Positions 1-13,606 of a DNA stretch of 64,000 nucleotides are shown in pieces; position 1 is the stretch's first letter, and each line of letters opens with the position of its first letter. Made by a program: the position numbers and the translations under genes. The notes under the pieces are model-generated. The model made no database searches and had not been told where the DNA came from. It was given only the letters and a program-made list of their open reading frames with translations. Source of the stretch: Dimorphilus gyrociliatus (taxonomy: Eukaryota; Animalia; Annelida); the NCBI GenBank assembly GCA_904063045.1, contig CAJFCJ010000003.1, forward strand, positions 744,001 to 808,000, given 5' to 3'.

Positions 1-493
1 TATATATACAGTTCGCCCCTTTCTCTCTCACTCTCGCTCTCATTCTTCATTTATATCTATGACAAGGCTTAGGCCTACTATTTAAATACTTTCTTCCATT
101 ATCTTGAGAAAAAATGTTAAATATCATTAATTATAAGAAATGATCCCATTGATAGAAAATAATATATAATTCACTTTTTAGAATATAAACGAGTTTTTTC
201 ACCCTTTGATTTTCATTATAGAATGATTTATAAATTGTTTACAAAAAAACCCTGGTAGTTACGCCTTCCGTTATATCAATAAAGGAAATAATTTCACTTA
301 ATGTTTATAAAATGCATTTATATTCTATTTGTTCTAACGAAAGCGAGAATAAAGGTTAATGGAACCTTTATTTAAATCTTGAATTATGTTTCCTTACACT
401 CTTTTTCACATTCATTAATAAACTCAATCGATTAAACTTCTTCGATTTAAGCCATTTGAAAGAAAAGAACGTTTTCTACTGTGACATACGTAC

Positions 494-863
494 CCGTTTT
501 GTTGTCCTAAAGTCTCGGGTTGAAAGAGCGTTTCATTCTTTCCTTTCAACCATTCTCTATGATGGTCGTAGTCTGCTTTTAAGACAAAGTCCAAAGAATC
601 CCTTGGAGCTTTTGGATCGTAATTGTAGACCTCACGTCTGGTTGAAGACAACGTTCCGGAACAGTTTAATCTGTTCCAAGGATCTTGTTTTTGATCCAAA
701 TGTGTTGGTTGGGTGTATGCTTCTTTCTGTTATTTAAAAATAAAACTTTTAAATTGTCAATTAATTCCGATCTAAACTAATTTACCTTATAACTCCTTAG
801 ACCAGCAAAGTCATTATCATTTTCGTAGGATGGATAAGGATAAGGATTACGTAAAGATGTCAT
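494..863 (-). CDS. CFAP276: Cilia/flagella-associated protein 276 (C1orf194)-like. Exons 863-786 and 726-494; 3' exons not resolved
   Basis: The spliced product MTSLRNPYPYPSYENDNDF...KEAYTQPTHLDQKQDPWNRLNCSGTLSSTRREVYNYDPKAPRDSLDFVLKADYDHH closely resembles the CFAP276 core (PTHLAQQQEPWSRLN..T..S.RR..Y..DP..P.D.LDF.L.A.Y.HH). GT-AG junctions preserve the frame. Confidence 0.75.
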
Positions 864-1089
864 TTTCACTTCTTATTATCTTTCCTCGCAAACTTTTCCT
901 TAGGCACTAAAGCTTTTCTTTGCAACCAAGGATACGCGTAGCCCCGCACTTAATATAAACTATAAATTCTACAACATTGACAAAAATTATTTGTTGAATG
1001 GTATTTTTGATATAATGAATTAATCCATAAAGAATATTTTTTTATAAAATTATTTTAGAGACTTTTACTTTAATTTATACGTAAATAGT

Positions 1090-1098
1090 AAGATGGCG
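1090..1098 (+). promoter_or_regulatory. YY1-type motif AAGATGGCG in the divergent CFAP276/PLCXD promoter
   Basis: Exact AANATGGCG match in the roughly 300-bp head-to-head spacer. Motif match only. Confidence 0.35.
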
Positions 1099-1158
1099 CC
1101 ATAGTAATATAGCATTTGGAAGATTTTACCGGAAATTAAAATAACTAACAAGACCAAG

Positions 1159-2213
1159 ATGACAAATCATGAAAATTGGATGGGAAACTTACCCGACAAG
1201 TTTCATAATATGCCACTAAATAAGATTGCTATTCCAGGTTTAGAAATTATACTTCTTTCGATTTAAATAGGCAATGGAAATCGTTAGAAAAAAGTTAATA
1301 TTTAATCAGAATTGAAATTTCTATATAAAATAAATTATAAACTGCTCAAACATGATACTATTATAATTATTTTACAGGATCTCATAACTCCAGTTCAAGC
1401 ACATTGAAAAAATCAAATAATATATCCCCTGATCAGCCATCAGCAATAAAAAACTTAGGGACTTTTGTGAAACCTATTGTTTATAACTGGTCAGTTTGTC
1501 AGGACAAGAGTATCACGGATCAATTAAAATTAGGAATAAGATATTTAGACATAAGAGTCTGTACTAATGGAAACACCGATGAACTCTTTACTTTCCATGG
1601 TCTATTTAGTCAAACTATTGAATCATTGCTGATAGAAGTTCGAGAATTTTTAGAAAATCATTCAAAGGAAGTAGTATTCTTAGATTTTAATCACTTCTGT
1701 GAAGTATCTAATGATCAGCATGAGAAATTGGTAAAAATGATAGAAGACTATATGAATCCTTTCATATCCGTGAGTAATTATACCATTGAGAGTATTTGTT
1801 TAAATGGCTTATGGGAAAAGAAAATCCAAGCTCTCGTCTTTTATCAAAGTGAAAAGGTCAAAAACTGTAAATTTTTGACGAGAAATTCTATAATTAGTCC
1901 TTGGGCTAATACAGAGGAATTTGAAGAACTACTCCCATACCTTCAAATTATGCTGGAAGATGATAGTAGAAAGGATCGTTTTCACGTTTGTCAAATGATT
2001 CTAACACCTAAAACCGATACTGTTTTGAAAGGATTATTATCAAATTTAAGATCGAAAATGTGTACTCCCTATTTTGAAAAAATGATAAATTGGATGAATG
2101 ATCAGTATACTGGATACGATCATGGTCTTAATATTGTTATCAGAGATTTTATAGATGAACAGTTTACGGATAAAGTTGTCAAGTTGAACTATGAAAAATG
2201 TCTTTATGAATAA
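1159..2213 (+). CDS. PLCXD: PI-PLC X domain-containing protein (exons 1159-1237, 1378-2213)
   Basis: WMGNLP...PLNKIAIPG|SHNS N-terminus; Q(L)KLGIRYLDIRV and FHG catalytic motifs; EVVFLDFNH; NIVIRDF C-terminus. These are typical of the PLCXD family. Confidence 0.85.
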
Positions 2214-2413
2214 ATTATGAAAATTTTACTAATAAAATAGTTTTCTAATAAACTTACTACACTTACTCTAAAACACAGATTATTTATTAAGCACTTCTTA
2301 ATTAGCCCTAATTTGATTTACATTACTTATCTTGCTAATGAGCACTCGACAGAATTTTAATTTAGCCAGTCGAAAGAGAGTAACATATGAAAGATTATAT
2401 CCTCCAAGGAAGG

Positions 2414-5221
2414 ATGTCCAAAAAATTCAAAAGAAATAATTCAACAGGGAACGAAGATCAGGTGATTATAAGAATCGAAAATGACTTCGAAGAGAATGTT
2501 TCAACTGCCTATAAGACTTTCAACTTGTTATTATTCTCACCAAAGAGGCTATTGACCATATCAAGCAAGAAATTTATTCGCATAATTGTTCGCGATATAT
2601 GCCTTACAACTTTACAATTACCTTGTCTAATAACTGATTTCATATCATTATTAAAAAATGCAACTTGTGGAAAGAGGATTTGTTTCTCTTCAACATCAGC
2701 AAGGTCAAGGACCACTAGCCGTATCATACAACATCATCATTGTTGGGCTATAGAGAATTCAGTAATATGGGATCAAGATCAAGCTTGGAATGAAGAGATG
2801 TACTCGAATATAATATTAAAGATAATGAATACTGAAGATTTATCTTCTGAGATCAATAATATTATTCTCAATAATTCCATTCAAAGGATGAAAGTACTAA
2901 TAAGATTGAGCGAAAGATATAATTTCATAAAATCGTCGTTGAATGATAGGGTATATAAAAAGGAAATAGGAAAATAGAGATTGAAAGATAGCAGCTTATC
3001 CTTTTCCTCAAATAGTTTGTTATTCTGACAATAATTTATCAAAAATTCTCCTTCTATTTACCATTTTTATATATCCTATCAATATTAGTCTAATAATCCT
3101 TTGTTAACCGCTTTAAAGAATAATAAGCCGGGAATAGCTGGAAAACTTTTATCCATTTCGACAAAGGATACTTTACAAGATTGCGTAAATGATAATCAAT
3201 ATTGCAGTATGAATGCTATACACTTGTCAATAGTTCACTGCTTGCCAGAAATTCTTCAAAGAATTATGAACAAGTGTATGGAATTTGATATTTTAGACGA
3301 AATGTGCTCTGCACCAGCGAACGGAGAGGCACTTTCAAAGTGTTACGGTTTGTCAGCAATTCTACCTCTTCATCTAGCAACAGTCGTCGGTAACAATTGT
3401 GTTATAGATTGTCTTGTTTCTAATGGCTGCAAACTTGACAAACAAGACTCAATAGGCAATACAATAATCCATTCTCTAGTCTATTCAAGTAAAAAGCAAA
3501 GCGGACCGGCAATAGAGACCTTAAATTATATTTTAAATCTCTGTAGTCAACCTTCATATTTATCGATCTCTCACCAAAGAGTTAGTGAACTTGATTTATT
3601 TTCCTAGTGTAATCTGTATTTAAGTCTTATTATCTTTCCCTCGTAAATATTCACCTTTTCCTGGAAAAGAAAAACAATAAAATAAAACAAGTTCACTATT
3701 GGTTTACCAAATTAGGCAACCAAAAAGCATCTTATCAGATATTTATTAACGATAAAAAACTACTCTGGATTTGACCCTTTAAAGTTAGCGGCAGTTGAGG
3801 GTTGTGTCGATATGTTGAAAGCTCTACTAGAAATTGAGGGAACATATAGGATCTCTCAGACTCAATTAGGCCGGGTGAACGTCCTCGAATACGAAGTAAC
3901 TAACATAGAACCAATTTTATGTCGTATGCAAGCTGCTCCAAGCGTTTTAGAATTACTTGCTTATTCACCAAATGATGATAATATAAGAGATGCATTTTGT
4001 ATTCCTTTGGTTGAAAAGATTGTGGATCAAAAATGGTCTCACTATAGAACGTACTATTGGATATGGGCCATTGTGCACTGTTCCTATATGGCATGTATAT
4101 CCCTACTCTTTTTAAAGAACAAGAGATTTCCTTTTGAAAATTGTAAACCGAAGTAAATACTTGATAGAGATTAATTTTATAAAGAATAATTAAGTAATGA
4201 GCTATTAATTATTAAAACTCTAGCCAATTAGTGAAATATCAAGTATTGTACTAAGAACTCCTTACAAACAAGTGTACGATTATAAATTATGTTCGGCTGT
4301 TTTGAGTTTATGTATCATGCTTCTAACATACGGTTTAACTGGTTTTATTTGTACTCTTATTACTCAATGTTTCCGACAATCTAGGATAAGGAGGACACTG
4401 TCTGTTACTAGAATGGGCAAATATTATGTATTTTTAATAGGTAACAAGTTTAACAGAACTATTAAATAGGGATACATTTTTTAATGATTTCTTTTAAAGG
4501 TCATCCATCTTTAACCATTATTTGGTGGCTTTGTTGGGTTTTATGCGTAAAATCGGATATTTGCATGGTGATGGAGACCGTAATTCTCGTGACTGGCTGG
4601 TTATATGCAATAACGTTTAGTAAACTCTTCCAATTAACTGGTTTTTTCACTGTCATGTTTGCTAAACTTGTCAATAAAGATTTACCTAGGTTTTTACTTG
4701 TTTCATCTTTGGCTATTATTGGTTTTGGCACTGCTTTATTTGCCACTTACGCCCAGACTGTAGAAAAACCTCCTGAGGTATCCTCTCTTCCGGTGACCTA
4801 TATTAGTCTATTTAGAGTGTCTTTAGGTTTGACCGATTTACATTTCCTTCACGACGAAGAAATTAATTTGCATAGAATGTTGCTTTATATGACATTTTTA
4901 ATAACAAATAATGTTGTACTACTACATATGTTAATAGCAGCTTTAACGGACACTTATACTTCAATATCAAGACATGGGTCTTCAGTTTGGAGAAGATCCC
5001 AAGCGCAAGATATTCTTATGTTGGAAATGTCGCTCCCAAACTGGCTTCAGTTGAATTTTGTACATAAACATTATCTACCAGTAACCTTGGATGAATTAAT
5101 TATGGGAAATAAATTAGTTCAGAGGAAAACTTATGAATTCCAATTAATCGATTCTGAGCCTGCTCAGAGTCGTTGCAAGTTAAAAAGTTCAAATAAAATT
5201 TCACCTGTTGACAAACAATAA
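2414..5221 (+). CDS. Divergent TRPV-like cation channel, copy A (ankyrin repeats + 6TM). Alternative start at 2387
   Basis: Exons about 2414-2950, 3089-3580, 3716-4152, 4232-4440, 4500-5221. Ankyrin repeats (MNAIHLSIV, LPLHLATVVG, QDSIGNTIIHSLV), SVLELL, IV(D)QKW, S4-S5 linker FTVMFAKLVNKDLPRF, S6/TRP-box LLHMLIAALTDTY...W...A..ILMLE. Confidence 0.85.
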
Positions 5222-5585
5222 CAAAAATTTATCGCTTTCATTTTATTTGCTAACTAAAAAGCTCGTTCTTTATCGTCTATTTACGTATAACATGCATAGT
5301 ATTATATATATACTTGTATATTGTATATACCGTATTAAAATATAAGATATATTGCAAGTGTTTAAGGCAACATAACGTGTTTTCTTTTATTTTAATTATA
5401 TCATTCAATATTTATTTGTATAAACGATATTTACTGAATAATTCATAAAGTAATTATCAAAGATAGCAAAAAATATATAGAGATAAAATTCTAACCATTA
5501 CATTTGCGCTGCAACTTGGCAAAGAAGTAGCTTGTTCGGACAAACTTTTCCTTTATATTATAATATATATATTCATATAGAACAT

Positions 5586-8267
5586 ATGGCATCTGTACAA
5601 TTTCAGCAAAAGACCTGTAATCATTGTAATGAACAAGTAATTATACGAATGGATTATGATAAAGATGAAGAATTTTTCAATAGAGATCTAGGATTACTTA
5701 ATGGAAGCTGCCCATCGTTAAAAAAGCTTAAACTCCGCAATATTTTCCTATTGTTGAGTGATTGTTGTTTAACGCTTTTACAGTTACCCTGTATAGTATT
5801 TGATTTAATTTCAATAGTAAGAAATCGGTTTATTAATAGGACAAGGCGACGAATGAAAATTGACTTATTAAATGATTCTGTCATTAAACACGTTGACTGC
5901 TGTAAAAAGGATTGCTCTAACATTTATCCGGAGGATATTGATTTCGATGTACACGTATATTCTCGGAAGATAGTTATGTCTTTATCTTCATACGATGACC
6001 TGATCTACGAGTTGAACTTGATTATTGACAAAAGTTTAACTCAGAGGATGAGATGCTTAGTTAATCTTACAGAAAGTTTTCCGGCAATGAATTACACACT
6101 AAACGATATGGTATTTAGACATTTTCCCTACTCTTTAATTATGTAAACCCTAATGTATAAACTATTCATATATGTGATGGAAAATCTCTTTATATCATGA
6201 AGAAACTGAAACCACTATTGACGGCCATCTATGATAATAAATTAGAAATAGCCGAACAATTACTATCAGTCGCAACAAAAGAAACTTTATTTGCAGTTAT
6301 CTCTGATAAAGATTATTCTGGAATGACAGCATTACATTTGGCTATAGTTAATTGCCAATATAATTTATTACAATCTCTACTAAATAAATGTCGTACATTC
6401 GGTATTCTTGATCAATTAGAGTCGTTAGAAGTAGGAGGAGAAGTTTTGGAAGAATGCTATGGACTATCAGGAATGACGCCTCTACAACTAGCATCCACAG
6501 TTGGTAATAGAGAAATTATAAACTGCCTTATTCAAAACCATTGTAAACTGGACAAACAAAATTCTAAAGGGAATACAATATTTCATTCTTTAGTATATGC
6601 CAGTAAGAAACATAGTAGTCAAGCCATAAAAACGCTTAAGTACATTCTAAGCAGCAGTAAAAAAACTTTTTGCAATTCTTCAAGCATTTCAGGGGTTTTA
6701 TAGAGTTTCTCGAATTATCTATTTTTTATAAATATACACTAAACGTATACAAAAAATTAGAAACGTAATGTTCATAAATAGAATAGTAAAAAGGATTATA
6801 GACCTATAGTTCTTCAAGAAACTCTATAAGATCAAGCCGAATCAAGTTGTTAGATATTTATTATCAATAAGAAATTCCTATGGTTTAGATCCTTTAAAAT
6901 TAGCGGCCGTCGAAGGGTGCATTGATATGTTAGAAGCCATCTTAGAACTTGATGGAGTTTATAGAGTATCTGAAACTCATTTGGGGCACGCAAAAATTTT
7001 GCTTTGTGATGTTAGTAATATCGAACCTATTTTATGCCGTTTAGACAAAATTCCTAGTGTCTTAGAACTTTTAGCTTTTACGACAGAAGATGAAAAGAGT
7101 ACGTCTGCCTTTAAAATACCTTTAATAACAAAGATAATTGAACAAAAATGGACAAATTATAAATCGTATTATTTCATTTGGGCAACAGTTCATTGTATTT
7201 ATATGTCACTATTAACTAGTCTGTCGCTTGGAGTAACACAAACTCACTATCGTACGACTCGAAGGGAGTGTTACAATGAATCAATCAAATCAGAGAAGCA
7301 TACTCTATTTAAAGATAAACTGGGCATTCCAGTTTTTATAATATGTTTTATACTACTTATCTATGGTATAACTGGTCTTTCCTGTCATATTAAAACTTAT
7401 ACTAAACGCTCCAAAAATTTTCGAACGACTCTATCTCTCGCTAAGCTTAGTGAATATTTCCTTTTCCTCATAGGTAATGTATTCTTAGGAAGACAAAGAA
7501 CCGTGTCATAAAGTTGTACTTTCTATTCAGGACACCCTTCTCTGACCATAACGTGGTTAATATTTTGGGAGTATTGTCTGCAAAAGAATATATCTTTAGT
7601 TATTGAAGTATTTGTTCTAGTCTCTGGATGGTTGTACATAATTACGTTTAGTAAATTATTTAGAGAAACTGGCTTCTTTTCTGTTATGTTTGCTAAAATA
7701 ATTATAAAAGATTTGCCAAGATTTTTATTGGTAGCCTCTCTAGCTGTTATTGGGTTTGGAACGTCTCTTTACGCCACGTATTCAATACATGAAGACAAAC
7801 CTGTGCAATTTGCAGATTTACCGACATCATTTATCAGTCTTTTTCGGCTTTCATTAAGCCTAATTGACTTGAATTTCTTACATGACAGGCAAAATTACAA
7901 ATTTTTGAGAGTTTTCATATATTTAACTTATCTAATAACAGCAAATGTTGTTCTCTTGCATATGCTGATAGCCGCATTAACGGATACATATTCAACTATA
8001 TCGAGGCAAGGTTCGTCGTTTTGGAGAAGATCTCAAGCTCGAGAGTTACTAATGCTTGAAAATTGTCTACCGTATTGGGTGCAAGCGAATAGTGTTCAAA
8101 AGAATTATTGCCGTGTATTACTTCAAGATATCAATTCGGAAAAGGAATTTGTGCAGAGAAATATACACTGTCAAAAGCTCATAGATCCAAAACCTTGCGG
8201 AGAAGGATGCGATGATTGCAAACATGATTCTGAAGCGTCACATTCATATTGTAGAAAGACAAGATAA
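5586..8267 (+). CDS. Divergent TRPV-like cation channel, copy B
   Basis: Same domain order and motifs as copy A (MTALHLAIV, TPLQLAS, SVLELL, IIEQKW, KDLPRF, LLHMLIAALTDTY). Shares three intron positions with the other copies. Confidence 0.85.
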
Positions 8268-8741
8268 ACTATCATTTATTTATTCAAGCAAGAATGAAAT
8301 ATTAGTATGCTACATAATTGAAAATATGAAGAATAGCCTTAGTCATCGAGTCATATGAGCATTACGAATAAATACTTAAAACTATATCTTAATTAATTCC
8401 CTTAATGACGTTACCTTATCATTAGACTCTATCTTATTCATAGCGAGAATAAACTAATTCGTTATATAAGTGTAAGAGTGTAATTTGACTTTTTCCTTTT
8501 TTAAACTAATAGATAAACATATATATTAATCTAAAATACATATATAATATAACATTTCAGACTTAATGTGTCAAACCTTATTTACAGTGCCCTTAGAAAT
8601 TCGAATAATACTAAGTAATTTTTCTTATCCAATTTATCTGTCCATTAACCAACGATACTTAGATAATAGATAAGAACACAATGAATAAAAGAGAAAGAGC
8701 TTAACTTCTTTTGGAAACGCTTTACTAACTTTCATAGAGTC

Positions 8742-11308
8742 ATGTCTTCGGAAAGATTCGAACAAATTAAATGCATGGAATGCCAACAGCAAATTATATT
8801 TAGACATGAAAACGATTTCGAAGAAGATGTTTCAAGAGCTTATTCCATTTCTAAAAGTATATTCTGTTCACCTAAAATACTTTTAAAATGCACTGGAAAC
8901 TTTTTCTTAATTTTATTAAAAGATATTTGGTTAACTATTTTACAAACTCCGTGTTTAATGTTGGATTTTTTTATGTCATTAGGGTCAACATGCTCTAATA
9001 AATGTTGCCAATGTAAAAAGAATAGAATTGAATCTTCACAGACATCTTATCATAAAAATTGCCTAATTTCTAATAGTTCAAAACTTTGGAATGAAAATGA
9101 TTTTCCTAATATTAACTCTTACGAAGAGAACCTAATTAATAACAAAGAAAATCCAGAATATTTACAGAATGAAATAAAGATTTTAATAAGAAAGTCGCTT
9201 GAGGATAGAGTAAAGGTATTTGTTAAACTAGCAAGGAAGTACGATCATTTTAACGCTGTTATTAACGATATGGTAAGTTTTTTTTATCTCTTCTCTTTAA
9301 AATATAATTTTGATAAATTAATGTCAAAGGTGGATAATCCATTTATACAAAGTCTAGAGAAGAATAAAGCCAATATCGCCGAATTATTATTAACAGTTTG
9401 TACAAAAGATATACTTATTGGCAGAGCCAAGAGCTTTAAATATAAAGGCATGAATGCCATACATTTAACTATTATTCATGGTTTATCTGACACTTTACAA
9501 AAGATAGTAAACAAGTGTAGATCATTTAACGTTTATGAGGAAATGTGCTCAATGAAAGCAAGGGGAGATATTTTAGGATTATGTTACGGACACACAATAA
9601 ATTTACCACTACATTTAGCAGTTGTTTCTGGAAATTTTTCAATAATTGATTGCCTAATTAGGAATGGATGCAAATTAGATCAGCAAGATGAATTTGGTAA
9701 TACGATATTCCATTCTCTTGTAATGGCAAGTAGAAATCAGAGTGGAACAGCGATTAGTACTTTAAAATTTATATTAAATTTATGTCATGAATATAAACAT
9801 ATATCTATTCAATGCGATAAGGTAAAACTCTATCATTTCTTAACAACTATGACCATTTTAATTATAATTTTTTTCTTTAATGTGCCTAAAGATTACACCT
9901 GAATTGGTACTTAGGCACCTATTAACCATACGTAATCAATTAGGTTTAGAGCCTTTGAAGCTTGCAGCTAAAGAAGGTTGTATTGATATTCTGGTTAATA
10001 TTCTAGAACTAGAAGGTGTTTATAAGATCTCTCATTCATCTGTTGGTCAATTATCAGTTTCTGAGTATGATTTAGCCGGTATCGAACCGATACTATGCCG
10101 TAGACAATCATCCCCGAGTGTACTTGAACTATTAGCTTATTCGTCACCGTACGAACAGAGTATTAAAAGCTTTCATATACCTTTAATCAAAAAGATGGTC
10201 GAGTTGAAATGGCAAGCATATAGACGATTCTATCTAATGTGGATTATTTTACACTTTTGTTACATGTTCAGTGTCACAATGTTGTCAATGGGGGTACACG
10301 CATCTCTACCTATTTATTGTTCAAATAATACAACAGTCGCTTCTATGTTCCGACTTCGAAAGATTGTTCTATATACAACTGTTAACACAAATTGTTTAGT
10401 TTTACTAACATATGGAATTACTGGTCTTATTTGCACCCTTCAAGTTCATCGAGGACGTGTGCCGGCAATAAGAAAGACCTTCTCAGTAACAAAAACTGGC
10501 AAATACTACGTCTTTTTAATAGGTAAATACAAATACGAATGTATCCTATGACCTCTGTAGAAAGGCAAACAAAATTTATTATGTAAAATTGACACGCTAA
10601 CTAAATTTACATCTCGTTTTAGGTCATCCCCTTGGTACTTTGTTTTGGTTTTGGATATCCCTGATTTGCGTAAAACAAAATTTTGCTCTAATTCTTGAAG
10701 TTGTCATTTTAGTAACCGGATGGCTTTATATAATCTCTTTTAGTAAGCTCTTTAAAATGACTGGTTTCTTTACCGTTATGTTTGCAAGGATTGTGAGTCA
10801 AGACCTTCCTAGATTTTTAATTGTCACTGTTGTTGCTATTATTGGATTTGGTTCTGCTTTATATGCTACATACGCTAGGTACGATGAAGAGGTAAAGCCG
10901 GAGAGCGTTCAAAATATCGGAATAACATACGTAAGTCTATTTAGGCTTGCACTAACTCTCTCTGACATGCAATTTATACACGATTCCCCTCTTGAATTGA
11001 AATTTACCAGATTGGCAATATATATCATGTATTTAATTACTTGTAATATAGTACTTTTGCACATGTTAATTGCCGCTTTAACCGATACCTATTCGACAAT
11101 ATCTAAGCACGGCTCCTCAGTATGGAGGAGATCCCAGGCAAGAGATATTCTAATGTTGGAAATATCTTTACCATGTTGGCTTCAAATACATTATATTCGT
11201 AAAAATTTTAAATTACTTGTTCAAGAAGAGTTGCATAAAGATGAATCGATAATTCAAAAGAAAACTTATACATGTCAACTAATTGACACGGAAAAGAAGG
11301 AAAACTAA
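8742..11308 (+). CDS. Divergent TRPV-like cation channel, copy C
   Basis: Same motifs (MNAIHLTII, LPLHLAVVSG, QQDEFGNTIFHSLV, SVLELL, QDLPRF, LLHMLIAALTDTY). An in-frame 57-nt intron lies at 9273-9329. Confidence 0.85.
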
Positions 11309-11508
11309 ATTGTTTGAAATCTAATTCTAATTTCTATTCATATTTAAAATGAAATGTAATTGTTGTCAATGAAAGGAAAGAAGAAAAAGAAGAGAGAATT
11401 GGTCTTAAAATGTTTTTTTTTTATTATTATAAATATAAGCCTTTAAAAAAATTCATTTACATCTACAATTTCATAATGGCCATATAGAGCATATAGAATT
11501 TTCATTTA

Positions 11509-12795
11509 TTAATAACTTTTCATTAAAGTTAAAATGTTAGCTACTATCTTTTCGTAAACAACTAACATAAAAGCAGCAGTTAGAACGGTTTGCGTGAGCT
11601 TTGCTTCAAATCCTAAGAAAAGACCTTGGAAATTTTTCTCTTTAATAATTGCCTTCAATATCGCAGACGGATTTGAGTTTTTAGCTCTACATCTGGTTTG
11701 TAAAATTTGTAGAGGATATGTTAGAAAAGTCGCTAAAAATTTTGAGATGGCACTCAAAATGAATATAGTGAATGATGATAATTCGTCATTATGAAATATT
11801 CTTGCGACGTAGCGTTTCAGTGACTCATAAAACATCCATTGAATAGCTGGATTAGACGCTAATAGCAAGGACACTGTAGTTCCACTCCACAACGCTTTTA
11901 TCCCTTCAGCAGTTATAATTTTGCTTGCGCAGTCTAAATAGACAAAAAGAGAACAAATAAGAGGAAAACAATAGATAGGAAAGTTATCTTGATAATTTTA
12001 CGTTATCTATTAGAATTTAATAAATACCTATTATACCAGTATATCTATTGGAATTGGACTGCAATTTTAATCTTGTATTAACCACCCAAAGCGGTGTTGA
12101 TAAAAGAACGTTAATAGCACCAGCAGTATATGCCGTCAGTAAATCCATTGTTGCTGTACGATTTTTCTGGCATACTTTTATACAATTGTATGCATAAAAA
12201 TAGACAAAGTTTGAAAAACCAAGGGCAGTTATTATGGAACTCAAACCGCGATAAATACCGTATCTATTATCAGCAATAACAACGAAAAGAATATGATTAC
12301 TCTTCGTGGAAAGTTATTGAATATATTATCATCTAGAAAAAAGGTTAAGATATAGAGCACTAGAAAAGGTTTTTAATGATCAAAAACTTCTTTTCTCTAT
12401 CATTTTCTTTCGCTCTATTTCTTTCTTTATAGCACCTAAAAATGTACTCACATTCCTTCTTTTTCAAATATTTCCCTTATTAATTGTAGAGAAAAGTTAT
12501 TTTTCGATTTTAAATCTCCAGCTAATTGACGATGTACAATGGATTTATTGAAATATTCCAATCCCACATGTATTATAATTACCTTGTAGTCTTGTTCTAG
12601 CTGAATCGAGAGGGTAGAAAGTTGAAATCGCTACGACACTTGCCTTAAAAAATATTTACATTCATAAAATACATTTCATATTCTTAAAAAATTTTATAAG
12701 TATCATGAAGTACTAACCGTCGAACCAGAGATAGCATGCACTAAATTCTTTACAGATAGTATTTCATGTAAAACGCTGTCAATTAGATGCTTCAT
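11509..12795 (-). CDS. SLC25A17: Peroxisomal solute carrier PMP34 (SLC25 family)
   Basis: LVHAISGS, SNFVYFY, TPLWVVNTRLKLQ, NPAIQWMFYESLK, TYPLQ and EAKLTQTVLTAAFMLVVYEKI match SLC25A17. Confidence 0.92.
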
Positions 12796-13192
12796 AATCG
12801 ATAATTAAATGACAAATGATAAATTTTCCAGAAACATTTCTATAACCATATAACCATGTTAGCAGACGACAAAAGAGAAACACTTTAATCTTTTTTTATT
12901 CTAATAATTAGCTGTATTATCTCATTAAGCGAAATTTAAAGAGTTTATGAAAATCGGAATACAAAATTAAAAATATATAAAATTGCTGTATACTATTTAC
13001 ATCGATTCTTATAATATCTGGCAAAATGTTTGAAAACTTTTTTTGAATGGTTATAAGCCTATAACAAATATGAATTCCGATGTATCATTTGTTAGCCCCT
13101 TTTATATTTTTGTTTGTTTTAATATGGAAATAAGAAAGTTAAGAAATTTATTAAGTAGAAAGAAAGAATGAAAGAAAGAAAGAAAAATAGGA

Positions 13193-13218
13193 AGAGAGAG
13201 AGAGAGAGAGAGAGAGAG
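13193..13218. repeat. (AG)13 microsatellite
   Basis: Directly visible dinucleotide run. Confidence 0.95.
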
Positions 13219-13606
13219 AAGGAAATAGAAAAGTAAATCCAAAATAATGAAAAGACACTTTATCTAAACAATATGTTGTTTAGTATAACATCATCATATT
13301 TTGTCTCCTTTTCCCTAATTTCTCTCTATCTTATTATACTTTATCTAACATTAAAAATAGTGAAATAATAACAAACAAAAGCGATTAAAAGATTAAGATA
13401 ATCTAAGAATAAAATATTAAATATACTAATAAAAAGAAAATATTCCTCATTATTCATATTTGTATGTATAATAATTATTGTTTATGTAAATAAAAAACAT
13501 AAAAAAATCTATAAATGTTTTGATTTTTTTTCAGGTAAAACGCCACCTGTGAATTTAATAGCTACAAGTTTCTCTAAAGATATAAATCAATATTCTTGTT
13601 ACAGAG

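Noticed and set aside
456-737. Plus-strand 93-aa ORF and other antisense ORFs (e.g. 2509-2727, 4501-4746, 11594-11794, 26719-26967, 46329-46583, 58894-59169, 63000-63194)
   Set aside because: They are shadows on the opposite strand of well-supported genes and have no recognisable motifs.
1159-11308. Operon / trans-splicing idea for the co-directional PLCXD-TRPV-TRPV-TRPV run (200-475-bp spacers, AG acceptors just before the ATGs)
   Set aside because: Acceptors before ATGs also occur in isolated genes here and are explained by 5' UTR introns. Short spacers are the norm in this window. There is no evidence for a spliced leader.
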